Assembly: GCA_964016885.1 (NCBI GenBank)
Contig: OZ024751.1
Coordinates: 22,816,001-22,880,000, forward strand
Origin: Eledone cirrhosa
Lineage: Eukaryota
Length of the DNA stretch: 64,000 nucleotides
Direction of reading: 5' to 3'
The notes under the pieces are model-generated. The model saw only the letters and a program-made list of their open reading frames with translations. It was not told the origin of the DNA and made no database searches. The position numbers and the translations under genes were made by a program. Below are positions 1 through 13,699 of this stretch, piece by piece. Numbering within the stretch: the stretch's first letter is position 1; every line of letters begins with the position of its first letter.

Positions 1-426
1 CAGACAGATAGACAGATAGACAGGCACAGTGACAGGTAGACAGAGAATGAAAAGACTAAGAGAGACGGTTATAAAGATTGAGAGAAATGGTTTATTTATT
101 ATCCGAATGTTCGGATTTCAATATTTCGGAGAAAATTTCGACAAAACAAAGAAACGTATATCATTTGTCATCATTTGTGTTCTGTCATTTTCTTTCTAGG
201 AGTCATTAAAACTCGGCTGCCATATTGTCTGCATGGAACAACGTGGGGAAAAAAATAGTTTATCTTAATGTCTTTGTGAGGAGTTATGTAATAGAACTGA
301 GGCCGGATCATTGGAGAATAACTTCAATATTTTAAGTCTTAGGGGAAGGAGAAGAAGAAGTAGAAGAGGAAGTAGAAGAAAGTAGAACTATGGCGCTATA
401 AACACTATCTCGTCTGTTCGCTGCGT

Positions 427-615
427 TAGGCCAGGAGAATAGAATGTGGAGAGATAGAGAGAAGAGGGGGGGGGGGAGAATGGAAAAATGTGTAGGGAGA
501 GAAGAGAGAGGAGGTGTGGAGATAGGAGAAATGATAGGAAAAAGAGGGGAGAGGCAAGAGAGAAGGGAGGGAAGTGAAGAAATGAGAGAGGAGAATGAAG
601 AGAGGAGAGTGAGAT

Positions 616-652
<37 letters not shown>

Positions 653-802
653 GAAAGGAGAGTGTCAAAAGTAAGACTCAATGAAAGGCGTTGTAATTAG
701 TTCTTTGTTAGGCTGGAGTTGTTTAATGGTTTTCTGTGTAAAGAGAGGAGAGGGAAAGGGAGGCATGGGTCAAAAGGGATAGATAGATGGATAGGTATGT
801 AA

Positions 803-876
<74 letters not shown>

Positions 877-976
877 TCCTTATTTGCCACAAGAGCGTAC
901 AAAATGGAACATTACAAGACATGACGTCGGGGGTTTTACATAAAAGTCATATAACATTAATAAATAATAATAAACT

Positions 977-1019
<43 letters not shown>

Positions 1020-1182
1020 TGTTTCTTTATTAGCCACAGGGGCACAAAAGAAGGGGACAAATACAAAGGGGGAAGTTTACATACAATAAAAACGTGTAAA
1101 ATGTTATCACAGATGGAATTTAAAAGTTAGTCGATTTTCCCCAATAGGGGGAGACAGTTTATATGGGTAACACATACCCCCG

Positions 1183-1224
<42 letters not shown>

Positions 1225-2360
1225 TGTAGATATGTAGATATGGATGGATGCAGCGATGAATAGGGAGATGGATAACTGGATGGCTGTATAAGGCTGGATG
1301 AATGGTCAAAGAGAATGTATTTAGGAGATAAATATGAAGCGAAATAGTGTGAGATTGCGTGAGTGGGGTGGGGTGGAGTGTTACAGGAGACAGAAAGATA
1401 CAGACCACGTGATAGCAATAATGGGATGTAGGAGGAGGAGGAGGAGAGTAAAGAGAGAATGGCGTAGAGAGGATTATAAGGAGAGAGAGGGGAACAAAGT
1501 AAGACAAAGAGGAAGTTAGACGTGGTCAGAAACGGGAATCACAGCAAAGATAGAGGGGGAGAGAGATTACAGAGGGAGAAAGAGAAAGAGAGAGGCATGA
1601 GATAATGTTAGATTAGAGAGAGGGCAGAGAGGGGGAGAGATGCAGAGGGGGGATAAGGAGAGGGAGACGTAAGATGATCTTAAATTAGAGAAATGAGGAT
1701 GAGAGAGACTTGGGATAATATTAGATTAGATTAGAGAAAGAGAATGACTTGGGATGTTAGATTAGAGAGAAAGACAGTCAGAGGAAAAGAGAGGAAGGGA
1801 ATGAGAGAGACAGCGACGGAGAGAGGAAGGGAAAGAGAGACAGGCAGAGACAAAGAGAGAAAGGGAAAGAGAGACAGGCAGAGACAAAGAGAGAAAGGGA
1901 AAGAGAGACAGGCAGAGACAAAGAGAGGTAGGGAAAGAGAGGCAGACAGCGACAGAGACAGAGAGAGGAAGGGAAAGAGAGATAGACAGCGACAGAGAGA
2001 GGTAGGGAAAGAGAGGCAGACAGCGACAGAGAGAGGAAGGGAGAAAGAGACAGACAGCAACAGTGACAGAGAGAAGAATGGAAAGAGAGATAGACAGCGA
2101 CAGAGAGAGGAAGGGAGAAAGAGAGGCTACAGCGACAGAGACAGAGAGAAGGGGGAAGAGAGACAGACAGCAACAGAGAGAGGAAGAGAGAGAGAGAGAT
2201 AGACAGCGGCAGAGACAGAGAGGGGGGAAAGAGGGAGATGGTGACAGACAGGGTAAAAGAGACAGAGAGAGGGAGGGAACCAACAAAGACAAGAGATAAG
2301 CAGACAAAATAGACAGACACACAGACAGACACACAGGCAGACTCACAGGCAGACAATATG
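427..2360. repeat. GA-rich low-complexity and (GA)n/(GATA)n microsatellite region
   Basis: Degenerate GAGA/GACA repeats; (GATA)n at about 803-875, 977-1018 and 1184-1222. Confidence 0.9.
1018..1183 (-). mobile_element. 3' end of a non-LTR retroelement embedded in (GATA)n
   Basis: Near-identical to 57373-57540 and 57842-57985; on the minus strand ends AATAAAGAAACA followed by (TATC)n. Confidence 0.7.
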
Positions 2361-2559
2361 TAAGAGATGATGGAATGGGGAGGGGAGGTGAGCTGCTGTT
2401 ATAAAAGAAATGTTTGCGGGGCAGTTTTATAAAGCTAATAATTAACGATAAATTACTTTGTGAAAGTGGTAAAATCAGAAACAGCTAATGGAATAATAAA
2501 CAGGATAGGAGAAATATAATATATAGCCTGCATTAATGTGGTGGTTTGGCTAAGTGGCG

Positions 2560-3210
2560 GTTGCCTCTGGGTAGGTCATGGCTCGTGGTGGCCCTGGGTA
2601 GGTCACTGGCTGGTGGTGGCCTCTGGGTAGGTTATGGCTCGTGGTGGTGGCCTTTGGGTAGGTCACTGGCTGGTGGGGGCCTCTGGGTAGGTCATGACTC
2701 GTGGTGGTGGCCTTTGGGTAGGTCACTGGCTGGTGGTGGCTTCTGGGTAGGTCATGGCTCGTGGTGGTGGCCTTTGGGTAGGTCACTGGCTGGTGGTGGC
2801 TTCTGGGTAGGTCATGGCTCGTGGTGGTGGCCTTTGGGTAGGTCACTGGCTGGTGGTGGCCTCTGGGTAGGTCATGACTCGTGGTGGCCTCTGGGTAGGT
2901 CATGACTCGTGGTGGTGGTGTCTGGGTAGGTCATGGCTCGTGGTGGTGGCCTTTGGGTAGGTCACTGGCTGGTGGTGGCCTCTGGGTAGGTCATGACTCG
3001 TGTGGTGGCCTCTGGGTAGGTCATGGCTCGTGGTGGTGGCCTTTGGGTAGGTCACTGGCTGGTGGTGGCTTCTGGGTAGGTCATGGCTCGTGGTGGTGGC
3101 CTTTGGGTAGGTCACTGGCTGGCGGTGGCCTCTGGGTAGGTCATGACTCGTGGTGGTGGCCTCTGGGTAGGTCATAGCTCGTGGTGGGGGCCTCTGGATA
3201 GGTCACTGGG
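2560..3210. repeat. Minisatellite, about 30-bp units alternating as a 60-bp dimer
   Basis: Repeats of gtggtggtggcctttgggtaggtcactggc / tggtggtggcctctgggtaggtcatgactc. Confidence 0.95.
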
Positions 3211-3661
3211 TGGTGGTTTTGTTGGGTGGTAGTTGCCTCATGGTAGGTCATTTGGTCGTGGTTTGTCTGGGTGTGGTTGCCTCTGGGTAGGTCACTGGGT
3301 GGTGGATTTGATGGTGATTAGGTTTTATTCCCTGGGTGGGTCACTGGATTTGTGACTAGATGGTAGTGGCTGAGTCTCTGGGTGGGTGAGTGTCGGAATG
3401 GCAACGTAAAGGTAGCTAGGTGAGCATGTGACTTAATGCCTGATGGGGGTGGGTAAATAGATGTTTCGGTTGGAGAATGGGCGGGTGGATGGCTGGCTTC
3501 GCTGCTGAGCTGCTGGGTGACGGCTGAGTCGCTCGGTGGGTGGTTAGGTGCGAAGGTGTTGGATAGGGTGCCTGTTTGACTAGATAGGTGGTAGGTTGGT
3601 TGAATGCACCTAATGTGGCGATTTAGTTGAGTGACCTATACACACACACATACATACATAT

Positions 3662-3718
<57 letters not shown>

Positions 3719-3929
3719 ATAACAAGATATCGTTTGAGGTAATCCAACTAGAGGTTATGAGTACTCTGTATCGGGGATAGTTTTAACGTTCGGCGTTGTT
3801 TGACTCAACAACAAGTTTCCTTAGTCGGGTGCCCGGTTTAAGAAAGTTCCTAACCAGGCGGTCCTTGGAGTAATAATAATCAACCCGACCAAGTTATTCT
3901 TCACTCTTTTACTATATATATATATATAG

Positions 3930-4358
3930 TAAAAGACAAACACAAAGATACAATTAGAAAAAACCTTATTACGTTCACGCGTGTTCGAAAAGGTTAAGGA
4001 ATGTCTCAATGTGTCGGACGTTTGTTCTTCATCGGGAAAGAGTAAATTGAGGAGAAAGAGGAAGTTAGAAAGGTGAAGGAAAGAAGTGGATGGGTTTAAC
4101 ACACACACACACACACACACAAACTGACTGACTAAAAGCACACCTGTTTTGTTGTTGTTTTTTACTAAAAAAAACGTATTTATCCGTTCCTTCCTCTTAT
4201 CAATCTCTATCTTTCTATTTCATCTTTTATATTTCTCATTCTATCTACTGATGAAGGACTAGTGTCCAAAACGTAAAATCACTTTACCTATTTCATCAAG
4301 CGTTAAACTAATATATTTATTCATTGTACTGTTTGCTTTGTTGTTTCCGTTCAAGTTT
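3930..4358. mobile_element. Two decayed, oppositely oriented copies of an HHR-like short element (family H)
   Basis: Minus-strand CCGATGA..GACAC at about 4003-4039; plus-strand CTGATGA-aGGAC-tagt-GTCC-aAAAC-GTA at 4248-4275, whose flanks resemble 49500-49660. Confidence 0.45.
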
Positions 4359-4624
4359 AAACACACACACCTACATACACATATATATATATACAAATAC
4401 ATATATATGCATGTATGTATATACATATGTAGTATATATAACGTATATTTGTCTGTGGTAGTGAGAAATGAGAGAAGGAAGTCACAACGCTTCTGTATTG
4501 AGGGGAGCTGAATAAATTTTAATTGCTACTGAAAGTTAATCTTTTTTTTTTTTTCGGCTTTTTTGAATTGCACCAACCATGCTTTAAACTATTTCAATGG
4601 CATCCAGATATGTGTGCGTGTGCG

Positions 4625-4767
<143 letters not shown>

Positions 4768-5048
4768 GTGTGTGTGTCTGTGTGTGTGAATACGAACATA
4801 GACATAAACGCATATATATATATATATATATATATACATAAGTGTGTATGAATATGTGCATATATATAAACATATATATACATATGTGTGTATGAATATG
4901 TACATATATATAAACATATATATATACATACATACGCGTGTGAATACGTACATATACATAAACACATATATATGTGTTTATGTGTGTGTGTGTGCATGTG
5001 TGTATGAATACTTGTATGTATATAAACATATAAACATTATATATATAT

Positions 5049-5116
<68 letters not shown>

Positions 5117-5202
5117 TGTATGAATGCATACATATATATATACGTGTGTGTGTGTGTGATATAAGATTGCAAATATGTGATAATGTTTATGATTTGACTT
5201 TC

Positions 5203-5304
<102 letters not shown>

Positions 5305-5394
5305 CGTGTGTGTAAGAGGGGGGGGGGGGGTTATATCTGATAAAATAAGTATTATTCTTTTAATGTTTACTTTTTGAATGTATATGTGTATATC

Positions 5395-5429
<35 letters not shown>

Positions 5430-6050
5430 AAAGACACGTATACACATACAAAATGTATGTATATGTATGTGTGTGCATGTGTGCATGTGTGTGTGCATGC
5501 GTGTGCGTGTGTGTGTGCGCGCGTGTCGGTGTATACTTGCGTGTAAGTTTGCGCTCGCGTTTGTATCTCTATATATCTATCGATGTTTGTTTTTTTTGTT
5601 TTGATTTTTTAAACTTTTTGTATGTGTAGCACTTTTTCACAGTCGACCTATTTATTTGAAGCAAAGATAGAATCGATTTCATTAATCAATATTGCATGAG
5701 CATGCGTACTAGGTCTATTATTTACATATCATCACAAAACGTATGTCTTCGGGAGCTTTTTCTTCCCCTCCTCATTTTCGTTATATGTATATATATGTGT
5801 GGGTGGGGGTGGGGGGCTTAGTGTGCGTGTGTGTATATGTGTGTGTGCTTGTATGCATGTATGCGTGTGTGTGTGTGTGTATGCATGTATGCGTGTATAT
5901 ATGCATGTATGTATCTGTAACTCCTCATAAAGTCGTAGAGGCGCCTTAGTGAAATGCAGCATGTCTTGGGCATTTTTTAAAACCTGGCGAAACCCCTCTC
6001 CACTCCAGGCCTGGAACCACCCGACTTCTTCCTGAGATGGTAAAGAGCAA

Positions 6051-6104
<54 letters not shown>

Positions 6105-6489
6105 GAAGACTCGACCCCAGTACATGACTGGTACTTTTTTATCGACCTCAAAAGAATGACAAAACAATTTGACCCTGATTATCCATTGTATTCTTCATAT
6201 ATTCTTTTTTTTTACGACGGTAGGGTCTGATTTGTAGGGGATTTAGCTACTATGACTACAAGGTCAAGCAATCAGTTACAGACTCCCAGGCGAAGTGGTA
6301 CGAAGTGGTGAGGTGTGGTGAGGTGAGATTGAGTGGTTAGGCGAGGTGAGTGCTGAACATTTCTCTTTGTGATGTATGAATACAAACAGATAGCTGAGGA
6401 ATGTTGCTTAAATAAAGACTAGTATAAAATTACTTATTTTTCTACTTTCATTTTAGCCTTCCTTTTCGTCTTCCTTTAGCCAAGAAGGG

Positions 6490-6800
6490 CAGGCAGTTTT
6501 TATCTGTCTGGTGGGCATGGCGAAAGATCGTGTGGTGGACGCGTTTGAAAGGGCTACAGTGGAGCATTTAACACTTCGGTAATGCCCTGATTAACTTTTT
6601 CAAATTTAAAATCAGGGTCGAGAGGGAAGTGTTCTCTTCCCAGCATTTTGTTGAAAGATGGGTGGGAGAGGCAAGCATGGCCCGAGTGAATAGGCCTGCT
6701 CTGAGTATGCTCCTGTAAATTGAAAGTGGAAAACTGGGAGAGGGTACGTGCCCTGGTGGTCGGGTTCACCGTGGCTTTTTTAATGGGCTTTCTCCACGAG
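6490..6800 (+). pseudogene. Decayed C-terminus/3' end of a Tx1/L1-like LINE ORF2
   Basis: Frameshifted translation ..WWTRLKGL..FFKFKIRVEREVFSSQHFVERWVGEASMARVNRPALSMLL*, homologous to the minus-strand peptide at 57616-57807. Confidence 0.6.
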
Positions 6801-6858
6801 TGTCTGACTTCCCCTCCCCAAAATCTGTTGCCTAAAGCAGAAACCATTATTATTATCA

Positions 6859-7236
6859 ATTACCCCAGTGCATTACTGGTGCTTTATTTTATCGACCCCT
6901 TAAGGATGAAAAGCAAAGTTGACTTCAGCTGATTCTGAGTTCAAATCCGCCGGGATTAACTTGCCTTTCATCGTTACAGAGTCGATAAAATAAAGTACCA
7001 GTAATGTACTGGGATCGATTTAATCGACTTTCCCCAAAATTACTGGCCTTGCGCCTATACTAGAAATCATTGGATTGGCAGTATCGGTAGAGGGTCGGAC
7101 GCCATGCTTGCCATTCTGAGTTCAAATCCCACCGAGGTTAACTTTGCCTTTCATCCTTACGGGGTCGATAAAATAAAGTACCAGTAATCTACTGGGTAAT
7201 TGCTGGCCTTGTGCCAATAGTAGAAACAGTTATTAT
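6859..7236. mobile_element. Cluster of three partial/full copies of tRNA-derived SINE type 1 (one minus, two plus)
   Basis: TGGCAGTATCGGTAG (A-box-like), GAGTTCAAATCC (B-box), body gcctttcatccttacggggtcgataaaataaagtaccag, tail tagaaaca(att)n. Confidence 0.85.
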
Positions 7237-7446
7237 TTTCTTTGCCATTTTAGATTTACTTTTTGAATGTATATGTATGTTTGTTTATGTATGTGTATAT
7301 GTTTGTATATATATATATATATATATATATAAACAAATAGATGTATACACATACAAAATACATGTATATTATTTTCATCATGTTTCTGATGAAGTCACAA
7401 TGAGTTACAATGTAATACAATATTGTATAATACTTTATTATATTGT

Positions 7447-7489
<43 letters not shown>

Positions 7490-7732
7490 TATCATATTTC
7501 AATATGTATTGTTTGTTGTGTAATTTACCATCTTCGCCAGAATCAATCAAGATTTGTTTTATTTATTTATTTTTAAGTAATTAGAACTTCTTAGTGCATT
7601 GATTTTTTTCCAATCAATAAAACAAGTGAATAGGCGGGAAAAAAAGGAAGGAAGAGATAAAGAATGGAAGAAAGACAGAAAGCTGTATATAGATATATAT
7701 ATATATATATATATATATGTGCATATATACAT

Positions 7733-7775
<43 letters not shown>

Positions 7776-7864
7776 TATATATGCGTGTGAGTACATATAT
7801 ATATATATACGCGTGTGAGTATATATGTATACATATATATATATGTGTGTGTGAGTGTGTGTGA

Positions 7865-7907
<43 letters not shown>

Positions 7908-7983
7908 TATTACTTTGTGTTTTTGTATCTCTGCATTTGTCTTGTCATTTCTTTAATTATATATATATTTTCTTTGCCATTTT

Positions 7984-8048
<65 letters not shown>

Positions 8049-8465
8049 CAGCAACAATTAAGCACCATATCATTTCGGAATGGAATGGAATGTATTGGAA
8101 TGTGATGGAATTCCATGGAATGTCATCAATTGGAAAGATTTAATCAATTAAGTATTTATTTAAGTATTTATTTCATTTTCAATACTTCTTCACTTCTCTT
8201 CTCGCTCATTATAGATGAATTATTGATGATGGTGTAGTCTTGTCAAAGATTCCACACATGTTTGACCTAATGGCACAGATATTTACCACCGACACCACAA
8301 CTCCTACTACCACCGACACCACCTCTCCTACTACTACCGCCAGCCCCACCACACACCACAAGAAATATTTCTTGCATTCTTACGTTGTTGATCCTATGAA
8401 TTAGAATCAATATCTTTATCGTCGTATTGTCTTCGATTTAGCAAACAGCGCCCCAACATTCTACC

Positions 8466-8558
8466 GACTCTGCCTTTCATCCTTACGGCGTCGATAAAAT
8501 AAAGTACCAGTAATGCACTGGGTAATTGCTGGCCTTGTGCCAAATGTAGAAACAATTA
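8466..8558 (+). mobile_element. SINE type 1, 3' half
   Basis: Same body and tail as 7071-7236. Confidence 0.8.
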
Positions 8559-8782
8559 TATGTGTGTGTGTGTGTGTGTGTCTTGTATGTGATTCTACGA
8601 TCAATTATATATATACATCCCTATATATATCTACATATATATCTATATATATATATAATAATATATACCTATATATATCTACATATATATATATATATAT
8701 ATATATGTATCTATATATCTATATCTATAATATATCTATATATATCTATCTATATATATAATAATATATACCTATATATATC

Positions 8783-8821
<39 letters not shown>

Positions 8822-8940
8822 ATCTATATATCTATATCTATAATATATCTATATATATCTATCTATATATATATCTATATATATATATATATTCATTATT
8901 TAAGCAAATCAAGACCACAAAATTCACATAGAAGACGTTA

Positions 8941-9010
<70 letters not shown>

Positions 9011-9040
9011 CACACACACATTTGGGGAGGGGGGACACCC

Positions 9041-9071
<31 letters not shown>

Positions 9072-9133
9072 CACACACCACACACAAACACACACACATT
9101 TTGTCTGATGATCCTATGATAAGCAAGTGAAAC

Positions 9134-9276
9134 TGTCCATCGATTCTTTCCCGAGACATTCTTACCACATGTGTGGACTATCGGAACTGTGATCTTTCAA
9201 TTCGGAAACGTAGCGACTCTGGCTGGAGCGACTTTCTTATTTCCGAGTTGCGCACTCTATCGCGTAACGTTACTCC
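9134..9276 (-). pseudogene. RTE-clade LINE ORF remnant
   Basis: Minus strand reads GVTLRDRVRNSEIRKSLQPESLRFRIERSQFR*..HVVRMSRER, like the post-RT RTE motif (DRVRNxxIR..LRWxGHxxRM). Confidence 0.7.
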
Positions 9277-9516
9277 AAAGAGAAATACACTTAACATAAT
9301 TCATTTGGCTGTTCGACAACGATAATAGCTGCTTCTAACATTGGCACAAGGCCAGCAATTACGGGGTGGGGTGAGGGATTAGGACAAAGCAGATTATATC
9401 TACCCTAGTACTTTAACTTGTGTCTTTAGTTTAATGACCCTCAAAGGAATGATGTATCTACCCCAGTATATAACTAGTGCCTTTATTTTAACGACCTCGA
9501 AAGAACAATATCAACG

Positions 9517-9703
9517 GTGGATTGGCAGTATCGGTATAGGGTCGGACGCCATATTTTGCAGCATAGGGTTAAGGCCCTTTACGGTCTGAGTTCAAATTCT
9601 GCCGAGGTTAACTTTGCCTTTCATTCTTACACGGTCGATAATATAAAGTACCAGTAATACACTAGGATAATTGTTGGCCTTGTGCCAAAAGTAGAAACAG
9701 TTA
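9517..9703 (+). mobile_element. SINE type 1, full length
   Basis: A/B boxes, body and tail as in the other copies. Confidence 0.85.
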
Positions 9704-9704
9704 T

Positions 9705-10230
9705 CAACCCAAGTACTTTAACTAGTGATTTTATTTTAACGACCCCGGAAAGATGATATATCACACCCTATACTTTAATTGGTGCCTTTATTTTAACGAC
9801 CCCGGAAAGATGATATATCACACCCTGTATTTTAATTGGTCCCTTTATTTTAACGACCCCCAAAATATGATATATCACACCCTGTACTTTAATTGGTGCC
9901 TTTATTTTAACGACCCCCGAAATATGATATATCACACCCTGTACTTTAATTGGTGCCTTTATTTTAACGACCTCCGGAAAGATGATATATCACACCCTAT
10001 ACTTTAATTGGTGCCTTTATTTTAACGACCCCGGAAAGATGATATATCACACCTTGTACCCCTATACTTTAATTGGTGCCTTTATTTTAACGACCCCGGA
10101 AAGATGATATATCACACCTTGTACTTTAATTGGTGCCTTTATTTTAACGACCCCGGATGAATGACATATCAACCCCTGTATTTTCAAGGTGCCTTTCTTT
10201 TAACGACCCAGGAAGAATGAAAGGCGAATT
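9705..10230. repeat. 57-bp minisatellite derived from antisense SINE type 1 body
   Basis: Unit aacgaccccggaaagatgatatatcacaccctatactttaattggtgcctttatttt; overlaps the SINE antisense actggtactttattttatcgaccccgtaaggatga. Confidence 0.85.
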
Positions 10231-10714
10231 TGATCTGGGTGTTTTTTGAACTCAAAGCCACAGACAACCATCACGAATATTGGAAAACATTCTGCAGCTC
10301 TAACGAAAATAGCGACATGCATCAAGCAAGACGAAACAGATTATCCGGTAGGAATAAAACGGAAGTAGGTGGCGCTTTTGAAAGTCGTTTAATCGACATT
10401 TTAACACCTCCAAAATCAAACGTAAATCACTTCCTATAACATTGATTAGACATTTCTTAACGATGAGGTAGAAAAGTTTGGCAATTTTTCAACAAAATGT
10501 CAGCAAAAGAAGTCTGAAGTGAGGCTTTTATTTAAGAAGGCTGGACTTAATTAACGAGAAGTGTATGAAGGTGTGTGTAATGGGGAATGTGTAGAGGGGA
10601 GTGTGTGTGGGTGGGGAGTGTGTGTGGTGAGGAGAGGGGGAGGGAAGTGTGTTGTGGCGGGAAATAGACTGTAACAGAAGACATAATTAAACTTCCCACC
10701 TCCTCAAGGTGCCG

Positions 10715-10756
<42 letters not shown>

Positions 10757-10788
10757 AGATCAAAAGATGGTTAAAGGAGTTCCATATA

Positions 10789-10855
10789 TTTTATTATGCG
10801 CATTTCAAAAACAAACATCATCAAGCAATAATATTTGTGTTTTCATCAGATAAAA
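10789..10855 (-). ncRNA. Type I hammerhead ribozyme (mirror copy)
   Basis: Reverse complement of 10961-11027. Confidence 0.85.
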
Positions 10856-10960
10856 CAGGAGAACATGATATGAAGGCTAAAAAACACTTGTTGATAGTGC
10901 AGTTTTAAATCAACTGCACTATCAACAAGTGTTTTTTAGCCTTCATATCATGTTCTCCTG

Positions 10961-11027
10961 TTTTATCTGATGAAAACACAAATATTATTGCTTGATGATG
11001 TTTGTTTTTGAAATGCGCATAATAAAA
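10961..11027 (+). ncRNA. Type I hammerhead ribozyme
   Basis: Stem I UUUUAU/AUAAAA, CUGAUGA, long stem II (ACAAAUAUUAU/AUGAUGUUUGU), GAAA, palindromic stem III AUGCGCAU, AUA site. Confidence 0.85.
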
Positions 11028-11150
11028 TATATGGAACTCCTTTAACCATCTTTTGATCTTATATTATGCATACTCCAGTCCCACAAACTGTAGAGTGCTT
11101 CTTATCCGATATCTGCATTGCTTTATTGTACTACAATAAAACTCACCTCC

Positions 11151-11200
<50 letters not shown>

Positions 11201-11202
<2 letters not shown>

Positions 11203-11375
11203 AACGAGTAGGACCCCGACGACTGAGCTCAAGCCGTTTCGACGGCTAATTCTGAACTCCAGAATTGAGCTCAGCCGTCGGGGTCTTACTTGTTCCTATT
11301 ACCCACTCTACTACCCTAAGTATTGAGTACTTTGGTGCGTTATGGTCCACCTGGTTCCTTACCACATTTCCTTCG

Positions 11376-11377
<2 letters not shown>
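11201..11377 (+). mobile_element. TA-embedded fold-back element family A
   Basis: Shared body agccgtcggggtc..cctattacccactctactaccctaagtattgagtac..ccttcgtt, also seen at 13418, 18800, 36367, 46646, 51073 and 55606. Confidence 0.85.
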
Positions 11378-11435
<58 letters not shown>

Positions 11436-11898
11436 GTGTGCGCATTTTGAGTTCAAATCTCTCCGAGGTCATAAACAAACTACCATCCTGGGTCAGTAGG
11501 TACATTTCTTTCCAGTTTAGTTGTGAGATCGACAAGATGATACAGTAAATAACTTTATTAATATTTAAAAACGGAAAAGGAAGGGAGGGGGTCAAGGGTC
11601 ACAGAAAAATGGAGGGAATGGGTGATGGGCTCCGGGCCTGGAGAGTGGTGGTGTTGGGGTTGTGCCCCGTGGATAAGACAACAAAAGTATTTCCGGGGAC
11701 AATGGCCAGCGACACCCGCTGCAAAAGCCACCCTTCCCCACGGAGCTCTTCTCTCAGACGTCACCAATGTTCTATAATTCTATATTTCCATGGTTTTACA
11801 AGAAAATCCTTGGTATTTGTTTGTTGTTTGTCATCTTCTCTGTCTAAACAACTAACAGGGACTGAAATGTATGTATGTGTATATATTTCCGTATATAC

Positions 11899-11972
<74 letters not shown>

Positions 11973-12562
11973 AGTAAATGTGTTTGTATGTGTATCAGTG
12001 TGGTCCAGGAATCGAACTCAGGAACTTTTGGTCACACTCACAGCATTCTGACCACTACACCATGCGCCTTCACGTGTTAGAAAAACAAAATATATATGTG
12101 TGTGTGTGTGTGTGTGTCAGTGTGAGTGTGAGTGAGTGTGAGGGTGTGTGTGTCTGCGACCGTGTATATTTATGTGAGTGTGTGGAAGAGCGAGGAGAGA
12201 ACGAAAGAATAAAAGATTATAGAGAGATAGAATAAAAGACAAGAAATATAGAGAGGGTGGCGGTGATCAAACAATGGGTGGAAGGAAGAGGGAGAGGTGG
12301 TGGTGTTCATGGTGGGGTTGGCGGTGGTCAATCAATGGATGGGGTGAAAGGAAGAGGGGGTGGCGATGGTCAATCAATGGTTAGTTGTAAGAGAGGCAAA
12401 GAAAGAAATGTGACATGAAGAGATCAATATATTCTGGTGCGGAATTAATGAAGCATGATTAGAAATGAATGTCATCAATGTCACGTTAGATATGTAGACG
12501 GTGATATACTATATATAATATATATATATGCGCACACATACATATACATATATATATATATA

Positions 12563-12948
12563 TAGTATTAAAAAAACGAAAAATCAGTGATGCATCTGGA
12601 CTCAGTTTATTGCGTGTTACAAATGTTTCGCCGGCAGGTAGCTCGAGACATGATCACTGTATGGATCTGGCTGATTCTACGGCTGCAGGTTCCTTCGGAC
12701 ACTGCTCCGAACGAATTGCCTGTGTCCGAAGGAACCTGCAGCTGTAGAATCAACCAGATCCATACAGTGATCATGTCTCGAGCTACCTGCCGGCGAAACA
12801 TTTGTAACACGCAATAAACTGAGTCTAGATGCATCACTGATTTTTCGTTTTTTTTTTAATACTATTCACACTCTGCTCTGTATGAATATTGAGTGCTAAT
12901 TTTGGCATACCACCTATGGAAGCACCATATCTACCATTATACACTCGT
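12563..12948 (+). mobile_element. TA-embedded fold-back element (about 140-bp arms) with variant HHR-like fold
   Basis: 12563-12702 is inverted against 12722-12864 (3 substitutions plus a T-run length difference); tail with ACTC..TTGAGTGCT. Confidence 0.8.
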
Positions 12949-13190
<242 letters not shown>

Positions 13191-13273
13191 ATATCCTAAA
13201 AAGATGTATACACCATTCTAATAAATATTGCCTGTACAGGTAATCAAAGTGTGTAAACATTTCGGGGGGATCT

Positions 13274-13349
<76 letters not shown>

Positions 13350-13417
13350 CATATATATATACATATATATATATATATACATTTCGGGGGGATCTCCTAT
13401 ATATATATATATATATA

Positions 13418-13558
13418 GGAACGAGTAGGACCACGTCGAAACGGCTTGAGCTCAGCCGTCGGGGTCCTACTCGTTCCTATTACCCACTCTACTACCCTAA
13501 GTATTGAGTACTTTGGTGCGTTATGGTCTACCTGGTTCCTTACCACATTTCCTTCGTT
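13418..13558 (+). mobile_element. Family A element
   Basis: Matches 11201-11377; short 5' inversion; TA flanks. Confidence 0.85.
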
Positions 13559-13699
13559 ATATATATATATATATATGAATATAGACATAGAATATTCGAA
13601 AATATTCTGTATGTTTATAATAAACATTTTGAAGACCTAATCGCTATAGAATAGAATACGTCACGTATTACAATTAGATTCTCGATAAAAGCAAGGGAA

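Larger units (their letters stand above)
10750..11152 (+). mobile_element. TA-embedded fold-back element (155-bp arms) with hammerhead and 3' tail
   Basis: 10750-10904 is the reverse complement of 10912-11066; a unique tail runs to about 11152; (TA)n on both sides. Confidence 0.85.

Noticed and set aside
12587-12837. Near-identical 76-aa ORFs on both strands
   Set aside because: A by-product of the DNA palindrome; no recognisable protein.
13195-13277. Tc1-like TIR fragments (also about 9020-9044, 24901-24940 and 41918-41940)
   Set aside because: Too short and unpaired to define elements confidently.
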